64,000 bases of DNA from NCBI GenBank assembly GCA_043555235.1, contig CP121311.1, positions 1,128,857 through 1,192,856 on the forward strand, given 5' to 3'. Position 1 is the first letter of the stretch. Each line of letters starts with the position of its first letter. The DNA is from Roseovarius sp. GTDB lineage: Bacteria; Pseudomonadota; Alphaproteobacteria; Rhodobacterales; Rhodobacteraceae. Made by a program: the position numbers and the translations under genes. The notes below the pieces were generated by a model. That model was not told where the DNA came from. It ran no database searches and worked only from the letters and a program-made list of their open reading frames with translations. Positions 18,086-28,099 of the stretch are shown here, piece after piece.

Positions 18086-18813
18086 TTCCCCCCCCAGATC
18101 AGATCGACAAGGTTCAGATCGTGATCGAAGCGCCCTGTCTTGAGGAATTCCACGACCTGCGCGATCACCACCGGATTGTTCATCATGAAGGTATGCGTGA
18201 CCGGCAGCGTGATATGGTCGGCCATGCCGTCAACCCTGGTGGACGCGACAGACACCTTGCCATCATCCGGCCCGTCGATCAGCGACGAGAAATACGGGTT
18301 GAGCGACCGTGTGCCGGCAATGACCCCCAGCGGAAAATCGACCTTGGGCAATTGCTCTGCCAGGCTGTCGTCGCCGGTCGCAAGCTGCATCCCCGCCGGG
18401 CCGTTCAGCCACGCGAAAAGCTCCATCCCGCCCAGTTCATCCACCAGTTCCGAGCCGTGATTCGGCGGGCCGAGCATGACCACGCGGCCCAACCGCTCCG
18501 GCCGGTTTTCGCCCAGCCAGAACCGCAGCAGGATACCCCCCATCGAATGGGTGACGAAATGCACCGGCCCGTCGCCGCAGACCCGCATCGCATAGGGCAG
18601 AGTTTCGCGCGCCAACTCATCGATTCGCAACTCCGTCGAGGGGTAATCGGGCCGGAACGTCGTGTAGCCCTGTGCGCGCAGCGCCTCTTCCATCACGATA
18701 AAGGACGCGTCGGTGCGCGCCAGCCCATGCAACAGCACAACGCATTCGGCGCGCGCGGGCGCCGCTGACCATACGGAACACGCGACAAGGGCAAGGCTGA
18801 CAAGCTTTTTCAT
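18082..18813 (-). CDS. Secreted alpha/beta hydrolase (esterase/lipase-like)
   Basis: [17 protein letters not shown] nucleophile elbow, PPNHGSE, DDGKVSV, VTHTF. Confidence 0.88.
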   Translation of the reverse strand: MKKLVSLALVACSVWSAAPARAECVVLLHGLARTDASFIVMEEALRAQGYTTFRPDYPSTELRIDELARETLPYAMRVCGDGPVHFVTHSMGGILLRFWLGENRPERLGRVVMLGPPNHGSELVDELGGMELFAWLNGPAGMQLATGDDSLAEQLPKVDFPLGVIAGTRSLNPYFSSLIDGPDDGKVSVASTRVDGMADHITLPVTHTFMMNNPVVIAQVVEFLKTGRFDHDLNLVDLIWGGK

Positions 18814-18877
18814 GGGGCTTGAGATAGGCGCAAAAGCCGCGTTATGACAGCCCCATTCGCCAGCTTGGGGTGCCCTG

Positions 18878-19318
18878 ATGCCGATCCGCCTTGCCACCCG
18901 CGCCGTGCTTGTCCACGACGGTCGCCTTTTGCTGGTCAACGCCTATCCCGGTGACAAAAGCGATCTGTGGTGTGCGCCCGGCGGCGGGGCCGAACCGGGT
19001 GCCTCCCTGCCCGACAACCTGCGGCGCGAAGTGTACGAGGAAAGCGGGCTCGACATCGCCGTTGGCGCGCCCTGCCTGATCAACGAATTCCATGATCCCG
19101 ACAGCGGGTATCATCAGGTCGACCTGTTCTTTCGGTGCCGTCTTGTGTCGGGCGCGCTGCGCGACAACTGGCAAGATCCGGAAAGCGTGGTCACGCGTCG
19201 CCGCTTTGTCACGCCCGCGGAAATGGCGGCGCTGCGGGTCAAGCCCGACAGCCTTGCCGACATCGCCTTTGGCGACGGCTTCGGTTATGATCCGCTGGAG
19301 GTGATCGTGCCCGCCTGA
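18878..19318 (+). CDS. NUDIX hydrolase
   Basis: [25 protein letters not shown] Nudix box. Confidence 0.92.
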   Translation: MPIRLATRAVLVHDGRLLLVNAYPGDKSDLWCAPGGGAEPGASLPDNLRREVYEESGLDIAVGAPCLINEFHDPDSGYHQVDLFFRCRLVSGALRDNWQDPESVVTRRRFVTPAEMAALRVKPDSLADIAFGDGFGYDPLEVIVPA

Positions 19319-19341
19319 CGCGCTTCGTGGCAGGCCCTGGA

Positions 19342-20220
19342 TCAGGATTTGCGCAACCCGCCCCATAGCTTGCGCTGCGGCAGCACCGACAGCGCCACGC
19401 CCCCCAGCACCAGCGCCGAGGCGAATGCGATGCGCGGCGTGATCACCTCTCCCAGCAGCAAGACACCCCCGGCCAGCGCGATGATCGGCACGGTCAGTTG
19501 CGCCACCGCCGCCACCGACGCAGGCAGGCGCGGCAGCACGCTGTACCAAAGCGCATAGCCCAGCCCCGATGTGACCGCCCCCGACAGGATCGCCAGCGCC
19601 CATCCCGCGGCGGTCGGCGGGGCCATATGCCCCGCGCCGGGCAAAACCAAAAGCGCAAGCACCCCCAAAGGGACCGCGAGCACGAAATTCGCGGCTGTCT
19701 TGCTCAGCGCATCGCCCGCACCGCGCCCCGCCAGCGAATAGACACCCCAGGCGATACCCGCCAACGCCATAAGGCCCGCGTGCAACGCACTGACCTGCAC
19801 TGCCTGGCCCGGCCACATCAGCCAGCAAAGCCCTGCAAGCGCCAGCAGCGCCCCGACCCAGCGCCGCACCGGCAGCGCCTCACGGGCAAGCACAGAGCTG
19901 GTGAACATGGTCAGTTGCACCATGCCGAACAGGATCAGCGCGCCCAGCCCGGCATCAAGCGCGTCATAGGCCAAAGAGAAACCGTAAAGATAGGCAACCA
20001 GCGCGATAACCCCCACCGCCTGGCCCGGCCCACGCAGCCGCAGCCGCAGCCCGCCGCGCAGCACAAGGCACAGCCCGGCCAGCATCGCCGCCCCCGCGAT
20101 CAGGCGGATGGTTCCAAAGGGGACCGCCTCGATATGGCCCCCGGCCAGCGCCAGTCTGTTGAGCACCGAATTGGCCGCGAACGCCACCATCGTCAGGCTG
20201 ACAAGCAGAAAAAGGCGCAT
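19342..20220 (-). CDS. DMT/EamA family transporter
   Basis: About 10 TM helices; AFAANSVL and SGAVTSGLGYALWY motifs. Confidence 0.9.
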   Translation of the reverse strand: MRLFLLVSLTMVAFAANSVLNRLALAGGHIEAVPFGTIRLIAGAAMLAGLCLVLRGGLRLRLRGPGQAVGVIALVAYLYGFSLAYDALDAGLGALILFGMVQLTMFTSSVLAREALPVRRWVGALLALAGLCWLMWPGQAVQVSALHAGLMALAGIAWGVYSLAGRGAGDALSKTAANFVLAVPLGVLALLVLPGAGHMAPPTAAGWALAILSGAVTSGLGYALWYSVLPRLPASVAAVAQLTVPIIALAGGVLLLGEVITPRIAFASALVLGGVALSVLPQRKLWGGLRKS

Positions 20221-20221
20221 G

Positions 20222-21415
20222 TCACGCTCCTTGTGTTCGTGCGGCCTGCCCTGCTTTTCGCTCCTGCCATCGGAACAGCGCCCACAGCACGACACATAAC
20301 CCCATCAGGCCCGCCGCCGCCAACAGCGGCGCGGCGGCGCTTTGGGCGGTCTCGCGCAGCCAGCCAAGCAGCGGCGGCGCAGCCCCCATCAGCGCATAAT
20401 AAATCGCCATGTAAAGCCCCATGGCCAAGGCGCGAACCTCTGCGCGGGCCGCGCCGACGGGCAAGGTCATGATCATCGCCGCCGCCGGGCCAAGGCACAG
20501 CCCCAGCGCCACCATAAAGGCAGGATGCCCCACCGGCACGCCCCCGCCCAGCGCGAACAGAACCAGCATCGCCGCGGAGGTCACAAAGCACCCCAGCGCC
20601 ACCGTGCCGGGCCATCGCAGCCCCCGCGCAAGCCAGCCGCCCGCCACCACCGAAAGAATCGCGCCCCAGCCCACAAGGCTGGCGGCTGCGGCGGCATCGA
20701 CCGTACCGGCCCCCAGCGCGATCAGGCGATCCGCGCTCCAGCTTATCACCGCAATGAAGGCGACGTTGTAAAATCCCCAGATCAGCCCGGCGATGACGAC
20801 CAGCCCGATCTCGTGCCGCGTCATGCGCGCAGCCCCGGTGCCCCCGGCCAGCCCCTGCCGCACCGGAGCCCGCCAAACCGTGCTCAGCAAAATGAAGGAC
20901 AGCCCGCAAAGCCCGGCGGGCAGCAGCAAAAGCATCTGCAACGAAAAGATTTGCGTCAACAGCGGCAGCACCAGCATGGCAAGCGCCAGACCGGCGGGCC
21001 AGCTTGAGGCCAGCACACCCATGGCCAGCGGCAGATCCGGGCGGCCCTGAAACCAGTCGCCCGCCATCTTGGTCAGCATCACGTTCAGCGCCACGGCCCC
21101 CAGACCGGCCACAAGCCGGGCCGCCATCTGCACCTCGAAGCCGGGCAGAACCGCACCGGCAACGCCGCCGATCACCATCAGGACCAGCCCGGCCTGCGCG
21201 GTGCGGATGTCGCCGATCTTTTGACCGGCCCAGCCGCCAAACAGCGCCGCCACGGCACCGGGCAACAGATAGGCCCCCATCAGCGCGCCCAGCGCCGCCA
21301 GACCCAGCCCGGTCGCGGTTGTCATCTGCGGTGTCAGCGCCGCGATGGACTGGAACTGCACCCCCATCGAGATGCGTGCCAGCGTCAACGCCAGCAAGAT
21401 GATCCAGTGTTGCAC
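20222..21415 (-). CDS. MFS transporter
   Basis: About 12 TM helices, 397 aa, GTG start. Confidence 0.85.
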   Translation of the reverse strand: MQHWIILLALTLARISMGVQFQSIAALTPQMTTATGLGLAALGALMGAYLLPGAVAALFGGWAGQKIGDIRTAQAGLVLMVIGGVAGAVLPGFEVQMAARLVAGLGAVALNVMLTKMAGDWFQGRPDLPLAMGVLASSWPAGLALAMLVLPLLTQIFSLQMLLLLPAGLCGLSFILLSTVWRAPVRQGLAGGTGAARMTRHEIGLVVIAGLIWGFYNVAFIAVISWSADRLIALGAGTVDAAAAASLVGWGAILSVVAGGWLARGLRWPGTVALGCFVTSAAMLVLFALGGGVPVGHPAFMVALGLCLGPAAAMIMTLPVGAARAEVRALAMGLYMAIYYALMGAAPPLLGWLRETAQSAAAPLLAAAGLMGLCVVLWALFRWQERKAGQAARTQGA

Positions 21416-21463
21416 CGGGTTTCCTTTAAAGCGAAAGCGCCGCGATTTTGGGCACCAAAGGTA

Positions 21464-22534
21464 TCACGCCGTGGTGATCCTGTTCACGTGGCCCATCTTG
21501 CGACCCGGCTTGACCTCAGCCTTGCCATAGAGATGCAGGCTCGTGCCCGGCTGCCGCGCGATCTCCGCCAGCTTGTCCATGTCCGCGCCGATCAGATTTT
21601 CCATTACCACATCCGCGTATCGCGACCCATCGCCAAGCGGCCAGCCCGCCACCGCGCGGATATGCTGCTCGAATTGATCCACGGCGCATCCCTGTTGGGT
21701 CCAGTGGCCGGAATTATGCACGCGCGGCGCGATCTCGTTCACGACAAGCCCGGCGCGAGTCACGAACAGTTCCACCCCCATGACACCGACATAATCCAGC
21801 GCGTTCAAGATTTTGGCCGCCAAAAGCACCGCATCGGTGCGCTGTGCCGTGGTCAGCCGCGCGGGCACGGTGGTGGTGCGCAGGATGCCGTCGGAATGCA
21901 CGTTTTCGCCCGGATCAAAACAGGCCACCGCCCCATCCGCGCCCCGTGCGCCGATGACAGACACCTCGTGACTGAACTCGACGAATCCTTCGAGGATCGC
22001 GGGCGCAGCGGCCATGTCGGCAATCGCGGCTTCGGCCTGTGCCGGTTCGGTCAGCCGCATCTGCCCCTTGCCGTCATAGCCAAAGCGGCGGGTTTTGAGG
22101 ATCGCGGGCACGCCGATGGCCGACATGGCCGCGTGCAGGCCGGTCAGATCGTCAACAGCCGCAAAAGGCGCGGTCACAAGCCCCAGATCGCGCAGAAACT
22201 CCTTTTCGGTCAGCCGGTCTTGGCTGACGCACAGCGCCTCGCGGCCGGGGCGGATGGGCACAGCGCCCTCCAGCAGATCCAGCGCCGAGGTCGGGATATT
22301 CTCGAATTCGTATGTGACCACATCGACCGCATCCGCGAAACGGCGCAGCGCCTCCTCGTCCGTGTAATCGGCCTTGAGATGAAAATTGGCGACATGGCTG
22401 GCCGGGCAATCCGCACCCGGCTCATAGATACAGGTCTTGAACCCCAGACGACTGGCCGCGACCGACAACATCCGGCCAAGCTGCCCGCCACCCAGAATGC
22501 CGATCACGGAGCCTTGTGGCAACGGCTCAGTCAT
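21464..22534 (-). CDS. purK: N5-carboxyaminoimidazole ribonucleotide synthase
   Basis: [38 protein letters not shown]. Confidence 0.97.
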   Translation of the reverse strand: MTEPLPQGSVIGILGGGQLGRMLSVAASRLGFKTCIYEPGADCPASHVANFHLKADYTDEEALRRFADAVDVVTYEFENIPTSALDLLEGAVPIRPGREALCVSQDRLTEKEFLRDLGLVTAPFAAVDDLTGLHAAMSAIGVPAILKTRRFGYDGKGQMRLTEPAQAEAAIADMAAAPAILEGFVEFSHEVSVIGARGADGAVACFDPGENVHSDGILRTTTVPARLTTAQRTDAVLLAAKILNALDYVGVMGVELFVTRAGLVVNEIAPRVHNSGHWTQQGCAVDQFEQHIRAVAGWPLGDGSRYADVVMENLIGADMDKLAEIARQPGTSLHLYGKAEVKPGRKMGHVNRITTA

Positions 22535-23015
22535 CGCTTGGCTCCTCCGCGATCGAGGCCGACAGATCCGCGCGCCAGCGATCCAGCCGCGCGGCAAGCT
22601 CGGCATCGCCATTGGCAAGGATGGCGGCCGCCATGAGCCCTGCATTGGCCGCACCCGCCGCGCCGATCGCCATCGTCGCCACGGGGTAGCCGCGTGGCAT
22701 CTGCACGATGGAATAGAGGCTATCGACACCTGAAAGGGCCTTGGTCTGCACCGGTACGCCGATCACGGGGATGCGGGTCTTGGAGGCCATCATGCCGGGC
22801 AGATGGGCGGCCCCGCCTGCGCCAGCGATGATAACCTTGAGGCCGCGCCCGGCGGCCTTGGTGCCGTAATCCCAAAGACGATCCGGCGTTCTATGCGCGG
22901 AAACGATGCGCGCCTCATAGGCGACGCCCAGCTCTTCCAGGATTTCCGCAGCCTTGCGCATCGTGGGCCAGTCCGACTGGCTGCCCATGATGATACCGAC
23001 CTCAACCTTGCCCAT
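22527..23015 (-). CDS. purE: N5-CAIR mutase
   Basis: [38 protein letters not shown]. Confidence 0.98.
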   Translation of the reverse strand: MGKVEVGIIMGSQSDWPTMRKAAEILEELGVAYEARIVSAHRTPDRLWDYGTKAAGRGLKVIIAGAGGAAHLPGMMASKTRIPVIGVPVQTKALSGVDSLYSIVQMPRGYPVATMAIGAAGAANAGLMAAAILANGDAELAARLDRWRADLSASIAEEPSDD

Positions 23016-23064
23016 GTCGCGCCCTTTTCCTTCACGAAGCGCGAACTATACGCATCCATCGGGG

Positions 23065-23289
23065 CTACGCAATGATGTCGGGATAAAGCTGATCCTCGAT
23101 CCAGGAAATCCGGTCCTTGAGGCGCAGTTTTTGCTGCTTGAGACGTTTCACGGTCAGCGGATCGGCCGTGCCCTTCTCGACAAGCGCGGTAATCGCCTCG
23201 TCCAGATCGCGGTGCTGGCGGCGGAACTCTTCAAGCTCGACGCGCAGCACCTCTTCCGACGCCATGGACAGGTCGCGAAAGGCATTCAT
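23065..23289 (-). CDS. YdcH/DUF465 family coiled-coil protein
   Basis: HRDLDEAI...RLKQQKLRLKDRI. Confidence 0.85.
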   Translation of the reverse strand: MNAFRDLSMASEEVLRVELEEFRRQHRDLDEAITALVEKGTADPLTVKRLKQQKLRLKDRISWIEDQLYPDIIA

Positions 23290-23357
23290 CGAGATCCGAC
23301 TCCTACTGAGTGTCCGTGAACCCGACATATAACCCGGATTGCGTGATCCGCAAAGAC

Positions 23358-23386
23358 CTTGCAGAGGGCACCCTGCACCCCCATGT
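23358..23386 (+). promoter_or_regulatory. Sigma32 (RpoH)-type promoter of the small heat-shock gene
   Basis: CTTGCA-N15-CCCCATGT upstream of the Hsp20 gene. Confidence 0.7.
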
Positions 23387-23456
23387 TAATCACAAGGGCG
23401 TCGCCTGATGGGGCGCTCGAACACGGACTGTCGCTTTTAGAGACAAGGACACGCCC

Positions 23457-23870
23457 ATGACCAAACTTACGCTGGGGTCGCACCCCTATATGCTGGGGTT
23501 CGAACAGCTGGAGCGACTGCTGGAACGCAGCGCAAAATCCGGGAACGAGGGGTATCCGCCCTTCAACATCGAGCAGACCTCGGACACGTCCTACCGGATA
23601 TCGCTTGCCGTGGCCGGCTTTGCCGAGGACGAGCTTGAGATCACCGTCGAGGATCGCCAACTGGTGATCCGGGGACGCCAGCGCGACGACAGCCACGGCC
23701 GCATCTTCCTGCATCGCGGGATCGCCTCACGCCAGTTTCAACGCAGCTTTGTTCTGGCCGACGGTGTCGAGGTCGGCGAAGCGATCATGGAAAACGGTCT
23801 GCTGCATGTGGACCTGACCCGCGCCCAGCAAGAAACGGTGGTGCAGCGGATCAAGATCAACAAGGGGTGA
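23457..23870 (+). CDS. Small heat-shock protein (Hsp20, IbpA-like)
   Basis: YPPFNIE, AVAGF, LHRGIASRQFQRSF, ENGLLHVDL. Confidence 0.95.
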   Translation: MTKLTLGSHPYMLGFEQLERLLERSAKSGNEGYPPFNIEQTSDTSYRISLAVAGFAEDELEITVEDRQLVIRGRQRDDSHGRIFLHRGIASRQFQRSFVLADGVEVGEAIMENGLLHVDLTRAQQETVVQRIKINKG

Positions 23871-24103
23871 AGAAGATGGAAACCAAATATGAGTTCGAAA
23901 CCCAGACGCAACGCCCGATCGTTTATGTGCGCCCGGTAAGCGCCGACGATCTGCCCGACGACATCCGCGAGCAGGTGGGCGGCCTTGACACGCTTTATGC
24001 AGTGCATAATTCCGATGGCGAGCGGCTGGCGCTGGTGCGCGACCGCGGCATGGCCTTCATGCTGGCCCGCCAGCACGATATGACGCCGGTGACGGTACAC
24101 TGA
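23867..24103 (+). CDS. DUF1150 family protein
   Basis: IVYVRPV, LYAVHNSDGERLAL, PVTVH; overlaps the Hsp20 stop. Confidence 0.88.
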   Translation: MKKMETKYEFETQTQRPIVYVRPVSADDLPDDIREQVGGLDTLYAVHNSDGERLALVRDRGMAFMLARQHDMTPVTVH

Positions 24104-24130
24104 TCCACGCGTGCGGGATCGGATCGACGG

Positions 24131-24177
24131 CTGGGGGGCGCCCCCCAGACACCCGGAGTGTTTCAACCAATAAGCAG
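24131..24177 (+). repeat. GC hairpin plus degenerate GxATTT..CCAAGAxGAAG repeat core
   Basis: Perfect CTGGGGGG-CG-CCCCCCAG followed by CCCGGAGTGTTTCAACCAATAAGCAG. Confidence 0.5.
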
Positions 24178-24246
24178 AAACCCGGCTGGTCTTTGGCCTG
24201 AGGGTTTGCGATACCTGCCGTGTATTTCTTGCGCGAAAGGCCCGGC

Positions 24247-25122
24247 ATGACCCGTATCATTTCCTCGCTTGCGGACGTCTCGGACGCGTATGACGCGCTT
24301 TTCGTCGATCTTTGGGGCTGTGTGCATGACGGCGTGACGGCCTTTCCCGAGGCGGTCGCGGCGCTTCAAGCCTATCGGCGGGGCGGCGGTGCCGTAGTCT
24401 TGCTGACCAATTCGCCAAAACCGCGCGCGGGCGTCGAGGACCAGATCCTGAAGATGGGCGTGCCCACCGATGCCTGGGACACGATCGCGACCTCGGGCGA
24501 CAGCGCGCGGGCAGCGATGTTTCGCGGCGCGGTGGGGCAAAAGGTCTGGTTCATGGGGGAATGGGAGCGCGACGCGGGTTTCTTCACCCCCATGGAGATC
24601 CTCGACGCCCCCCAAGAGATCGAGCGCGTCGACCTCAAGGACGCCGAGGGGATCGTGTGTTGCGGCCCGTTTGATCCGCTGGCCGATCCGGCAGTGAACC
24701 GGGCCGATTTTCTTTATGCCAAGCAGCGCGGACTGAAGCTGTTATGCGCCAATCCGGATATCGTGGTGGACCGGGGCGAGACGCGCGAATGGTGCGCGGG
24801 CGCGCTGGCGCGGCTTTACACTGAGATGGGCGGCGAGAGCCTCTATTTCGGCAAGCCGCATCCGCCGATCTATGACCTGGCCCGCCGCCGTATGGCCGCC
24901 CTTGGGCGCGACGTGGAAAGCGGGCGCATTCTGGCCATCGGCGACGGCGCGCAGACGGATGTCGCGGGCGCGATGGGCGAGGATATTGATTCGCTGTTCA
25001 TTACCGGCGGGCTTGCAGCGCAAGAAACCCGAACCGGCCACGACCCCGACGAAAAGGCGCTGAACGCCTTTGTGGAAAAGGAAAATGTGGCCCCCGGTTA
25101 CGCGATTGGGCGGCTGCGCTGA
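24247..25122 (+). CDS. HAD-superfamily class IIA hydrolase (TIGR01459-like)
   Basis: FVDLWGCVHDG, LTNSPK, CANPD, GKPHPPIY, IGDGAQTD. Confidence 0.92.
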   Translation: MTRIISSLADVSDAYDALFVDLWGCVHDGVTAFPEAVAALQAYRRGGGAVVLLTNSPKPRAGVEDQILKMGVPTDAWDTIATSGDSARAAMFRGAVGQKVWFMGEWERDAGFFTPMEILDAPQEIERVDLKDAEGIVCCGPFDPLADPAVNRADFLYAKQRGLKLLCANPDIVVDRGETREWCAGALARLYTEMGGESLYFGKPHPPIYDLARRRMAALGRDVESGRILAIGDGAQTDVAGAMGEDIDSLFITGGLAAQETRTGHDPDEKALNAFVEKENVAPGYAIGRLR

Positions 25123-25224
25123 ACAGAAAACTCTTGCTTTTCTGCGATTGCAAAGTAATTAAGTTCCAATATCGACCATGTTATGGGTGTATTTATTACC
25201 CGTGCACTAGAATCGGAGGGTCAG

Positions 25225-25668
25225 ATGTTGGACAACATGCCACGTGGCACCATCACCATCGAAGAAATCGAAATGGGCATGGTGCGATCCTTGCGCAAAG
25301 TCGTGACCGACGAGGATATCGAGATGTTCGCGCAGGTCTCGACCGATTACAATCCGGTGCATATGGATGATGACTATGCCCGTGACACGATCTTCGAGGG
25401 GCGCATCGCGCATGGCATGTTGACCGCCGGGCTGATTTCAGCGGTCATCGGCGAGCAACTGCCGGGCCATGGCACGGTCTATATGGGACAAAGCCTGAAG
25501 TTTCTGGCCCCCGTGCGCCCCGGCGACATGGTGCGCGCCGAGGTCGAGGTGATTGGCATTGATCATGGCAAGCGGCGGGTGCAGCTTGAAACCCGCTGTC
25601 TGGTGGGTGGCAAGAAGGTGCTTGTGGGCGAGGCCACAGTACTGGCACCGACCGGCAAGTTCGACTGA
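25225..25668 (+). CDS. MaoC-family (R)-enoyl-CoA hydratase (PhaJ-like)
   Basis: STDYNPVHMD, RIAHGML, LPGHGTVY, PVRPGD. Confidence 0.9.
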   Translation: MLDNMPRGTITIEEIEMGMVRSLRKVVTDEDIEMFAQVSTDYNPVHMDDDYARDTIFEGRIAHGMLTAGLISAVIGEQLPGHGTVYMGQSLKFLAPVRPGDMVRAEVEVIGIDHGKRRVQLETRCLVGGKKVLVGEATVLAPTGKFD

Positions 25669-25672
25669 CGCC

Positions 25673-26302
25673 TCACCCCAGATCGGGTTCGGTGGCCTTG
25701 AAGCTTTCTATATCTTGCACCGCTGTCCACCATGAGCGCAGTTTCGCGTTTTTCATAAGCTGATCCGCATCCGGTGTCAGGGAGATGTAGAAAATGATCG
25801 GACCCAGCACGTAATCGGCAATGCTGGGCTGCGTGCCACAGATCCACGGATCGGCATGTTCCATCAACATGTCAATCAGCGTGTAGCTTTTCTCAAGGGC
25901 CAACTTGCGCAGATCCTCATCCCGTCCACCGATAAAGTCGGGAAACAGGTGATAGCCCGCAACGCCGATCAATGCATCATATCCGTAGCTGACGATCAGC
26001 TGGACGGCCTCGTTCATCTTGGCGCGCAGTTTCGGGTCATCGGGCACAAGCCCGTCGCCCTTCCCCGTTTCGTGCAGATATTGGCAGATCGCCGGTGTTT
26101 CGCGCAGGCGAATATCGTCGATATCCAGCACTGGCACCTTGCCGAAAGGATGGCGCGCCAGATGGTCGGGCTGGCGCGTCTCGCCCTCCAACACGTTGAC
26201 CGGCACCTGTTCGTAGTCGATGCCATTCTCCATCAGGACCATGCGCACGGTGCGCACATAGGTTGATCCGTCAAACCCATAAAGCACGGGAGTATCGGCC
26301 AT
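25673..26302 (-). CDS. Glutathione S-transferase
   Basis: STYVRTVRM, HPFGKVPVL, ETPAICQYL, SIAD; AGGAGG SD. Confidence 0.92.
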   Translation of the reverse strand: MADTPVLYGFDGSTYVRTVRMVLMENGIDYEQVPVNVLEGETRQPDHLARHPFGKVPVLDIDDIRLRETPAICQYLHETGKGDGLVPDDPKLRAKMNEAVQLIVSYGYDALIGVAGYHLFPDFIGGRDEDLRKLALEKSYTLIDMLMEHADPWICGTQPSIADYVLGPIIFYISLTPDADQLMKNAKLRSWWTAVQDIESFKATEPDLG

Positions 26303-26353
26303 GTATGTCCTCCTTTCGCCAGGTCGGGCGGCATGTGCCAGCCCACGTTACCT

Positions 26354-26465
26354 GATGCGTTTCGCAAAACCTGAATCAATGATTTTCGAGAAACGCAGTA
26401 CTCCGTTTAGTCGTTGCACACTTTCCGCCTTTGGCCGGTTCTTCAGGTAAAGGCGGAACGCTTGT
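26354..26465. mobile_element. Second, more degenerate copy of the MITE
   Basis: Exact 23-mer GATTTTCGAGAAACGCAGTACTC (26381-26403 = 2480-2502) and 16-mer TAAAGGCGGAACGCTT shared with 2450-2565. Confidence 0.75.
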
Positions 26466-26690
26466 CTTATGACTTTGTCCGTCTCCATGCGAAGATGGAG
26501 CCTCTGCCCGACACGCCATTTATGGCGGGCAAAGGCGGTGTGTGGATCGGGGTGATCATGTGACTCGTCCTTCTGCATGGGTTTCGCGCCGCATCATCAT
26601 ACCCAATTCGCCACGTCAGGCGGATATCACAGGGCAAGAGACAGCACTTCGCCGCTTGCGCCCGGCTTGGGCTGGCGCTACCCAACGGCC

Positions 26691-27629
26691 ATGCGCATCA
26701 TCCGTGATTACTCTTTTCTAGATGCCGCCGACCGGGGTGCCTCTGCCGCCATCGGCAATTTCGACGGCGTTCATATCGGGCACCGCTCGGTTATCGACCT
26801 TGCGCGCGACGCAGGCGAACGCATCGGCGCGCCTTTGGGCGTGTTGTCATTCGAGCCGCATCCACGGGAATACTTTGCCCCCGACGCGCCCCCCTTTCGC
26901 CTGATGGGGTCCGAGGCACGGGCGCACCAACTGGAAAAGCTGGGAATCGAAAAGCTTTACGAGCTGAATTTCAACACCGCGCTGGCCAGCCTGACCCCCG
27001 AGGAGTTCGCCCGCAATGTCATCGCCGACGGTCTTGGCCTGCGGCATGTGGTGATCGGCGCGGATTTCTGTTTCGGCAAGGGCCGCGCCGGCAATGCCGT
27101 CGACCTGGCGCGTTTCGGTGGCGAGATGGGGTTTGGCGTGACCATCGCCGAGCTGCTGGAAGGCCAGAGCGGGCAGGTCTCTTCAACCGCGATTCGCACC
27201 GCACTGTCCGAAGGTCGCCCGCGTGAGGCCGCCGACATGCTGGGCCATTGGCACCGCATCGACGGGCCGGTGGTGGGCGGGGAACAGCGGGGACGCGAAT
27301 TGGGCTATCCGACCGCGAACATGTCCATCGCCGGGCTGCATCCGCCAAAATTCGGCGTTTACGCGGTGCTGGTCGACGTTCTGGACGGCCCACATCAGGG
27401 CCATTACCACGGCGCGGCCTCCTTGGGAGTGCGCCCGATGTTCAACGGGGAAGACCCCAATATCGAAACGTTTCTCTTTGATTTCTCGGGCGACCTGTAT
27501 GGCGCGCAGCTTTCGGTGGCCCTGGTCGATTACCTGCGGCCAGAAGAAACCTTTGACGGGCTGGAGGCGTTCATTGCGCAAATGGATGCCGATTGCGCCC
27601 GCGCCCGCGATATCCTGACAGCCTTATGA
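26691..27629 (+). CDS. ribF: Bifunctional riboflavin kinase/FAD synthetase
   Basis: IGNFDGVHIGH, GADFCFG, VSSTAIR, GRELGYPTAN, ETFLFDF. Confidence 0.97.
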   Translation: MRIIRDYSFLDAADRGASAAIGNFDGVHIGHRSVIDLARDAGERIGAPLGVLSFEPHPREYFAPDAPPFRLMGSEARAHQLEKLGIEKLYELNFNTALASLTPEEFARNVIADGLGLRHVVIGADFCFGKGRAGNAVDLARFGGEMGFGVTIAELLEGQSGQVSSTAIRTALSEGRPREAADMLGHWHRIDGPVVGGEQRGRELGYPTANMSIAGLHPPKFGVYAVLVDVLDGPHQGHYHGAASLGVRPMFNGEDPNIETFLFDFSGDLYGAQLSVALVDYLRPEETFDGLEAFIAQMDADCARARDILTAL

Positions 27630-28099
27630 CCGACGATCCGATAGACCGCGACGGGCTGCCCCCCCGCTTTTGGGAGACCAAGCCGCTTGGCCGCATGACC
27701 CGCCATGAATGGGAGGCGCTGTGCGATGGCTGCGGAAAATGCTGTCTCAACAAGCTGGAGGACGAGGACACCGGCGAGGTCGAACTGACGCGCGTCGCCT
27801 GTCGCCTGTTCGACGATGCCACCTGCCGCTGCGCCCGCTACGAGACGCGACACCGCTTTGTGCCGGAATGCATCACGCTTTCGGTGAACAATATCGAGAA
27901 AAGCCTCTACTGGCTGCCCGAAACCTGCGCCTACAAGCTGCTGTGGAACGGTCAGCCGCTTTACGACTGGCACCCGCTGATTTCGGGCACCGCGCAATCG
28001 GTGCATGATGCAGGCGTGTCGATGCAGCACCGCACCGTCTCGGAAAGCGGGCTGCACGAGGACGAATGGGAGGACCACGTGATAGAGGAGCCGACCTGA
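27626..28099 (+). CDS. YcgN family cysteine-cluster protein
   Basis: WEALCDGCGKCCL, CRCARY, WLPETCAY. Confidence 0.93.
   Translation: MTDDPIDRDGLPPRFWETKPLGRMTRHEWEALCDGCGKCCLNKLEDEDTGEVELTRVACRLFDDATCRCARYETRHRFVPECITLSVNNIEKSLYWLPETCAYKLLWNGQPLYDWHPLISGTAQSVHDAGVSMQHRTVSESGLHEDEWEDHVIEEPT

Noticed and set aside
19319-19372. GGGGCGGGTTGCGC near the DMT/NUDIX junction as a REP
   Set aside because: No GTAG foot and no complete stem
21426-21440. TAAAGCG as another MITE end
   Set aside because: Match stops after 7 nt; no AACCTGA part
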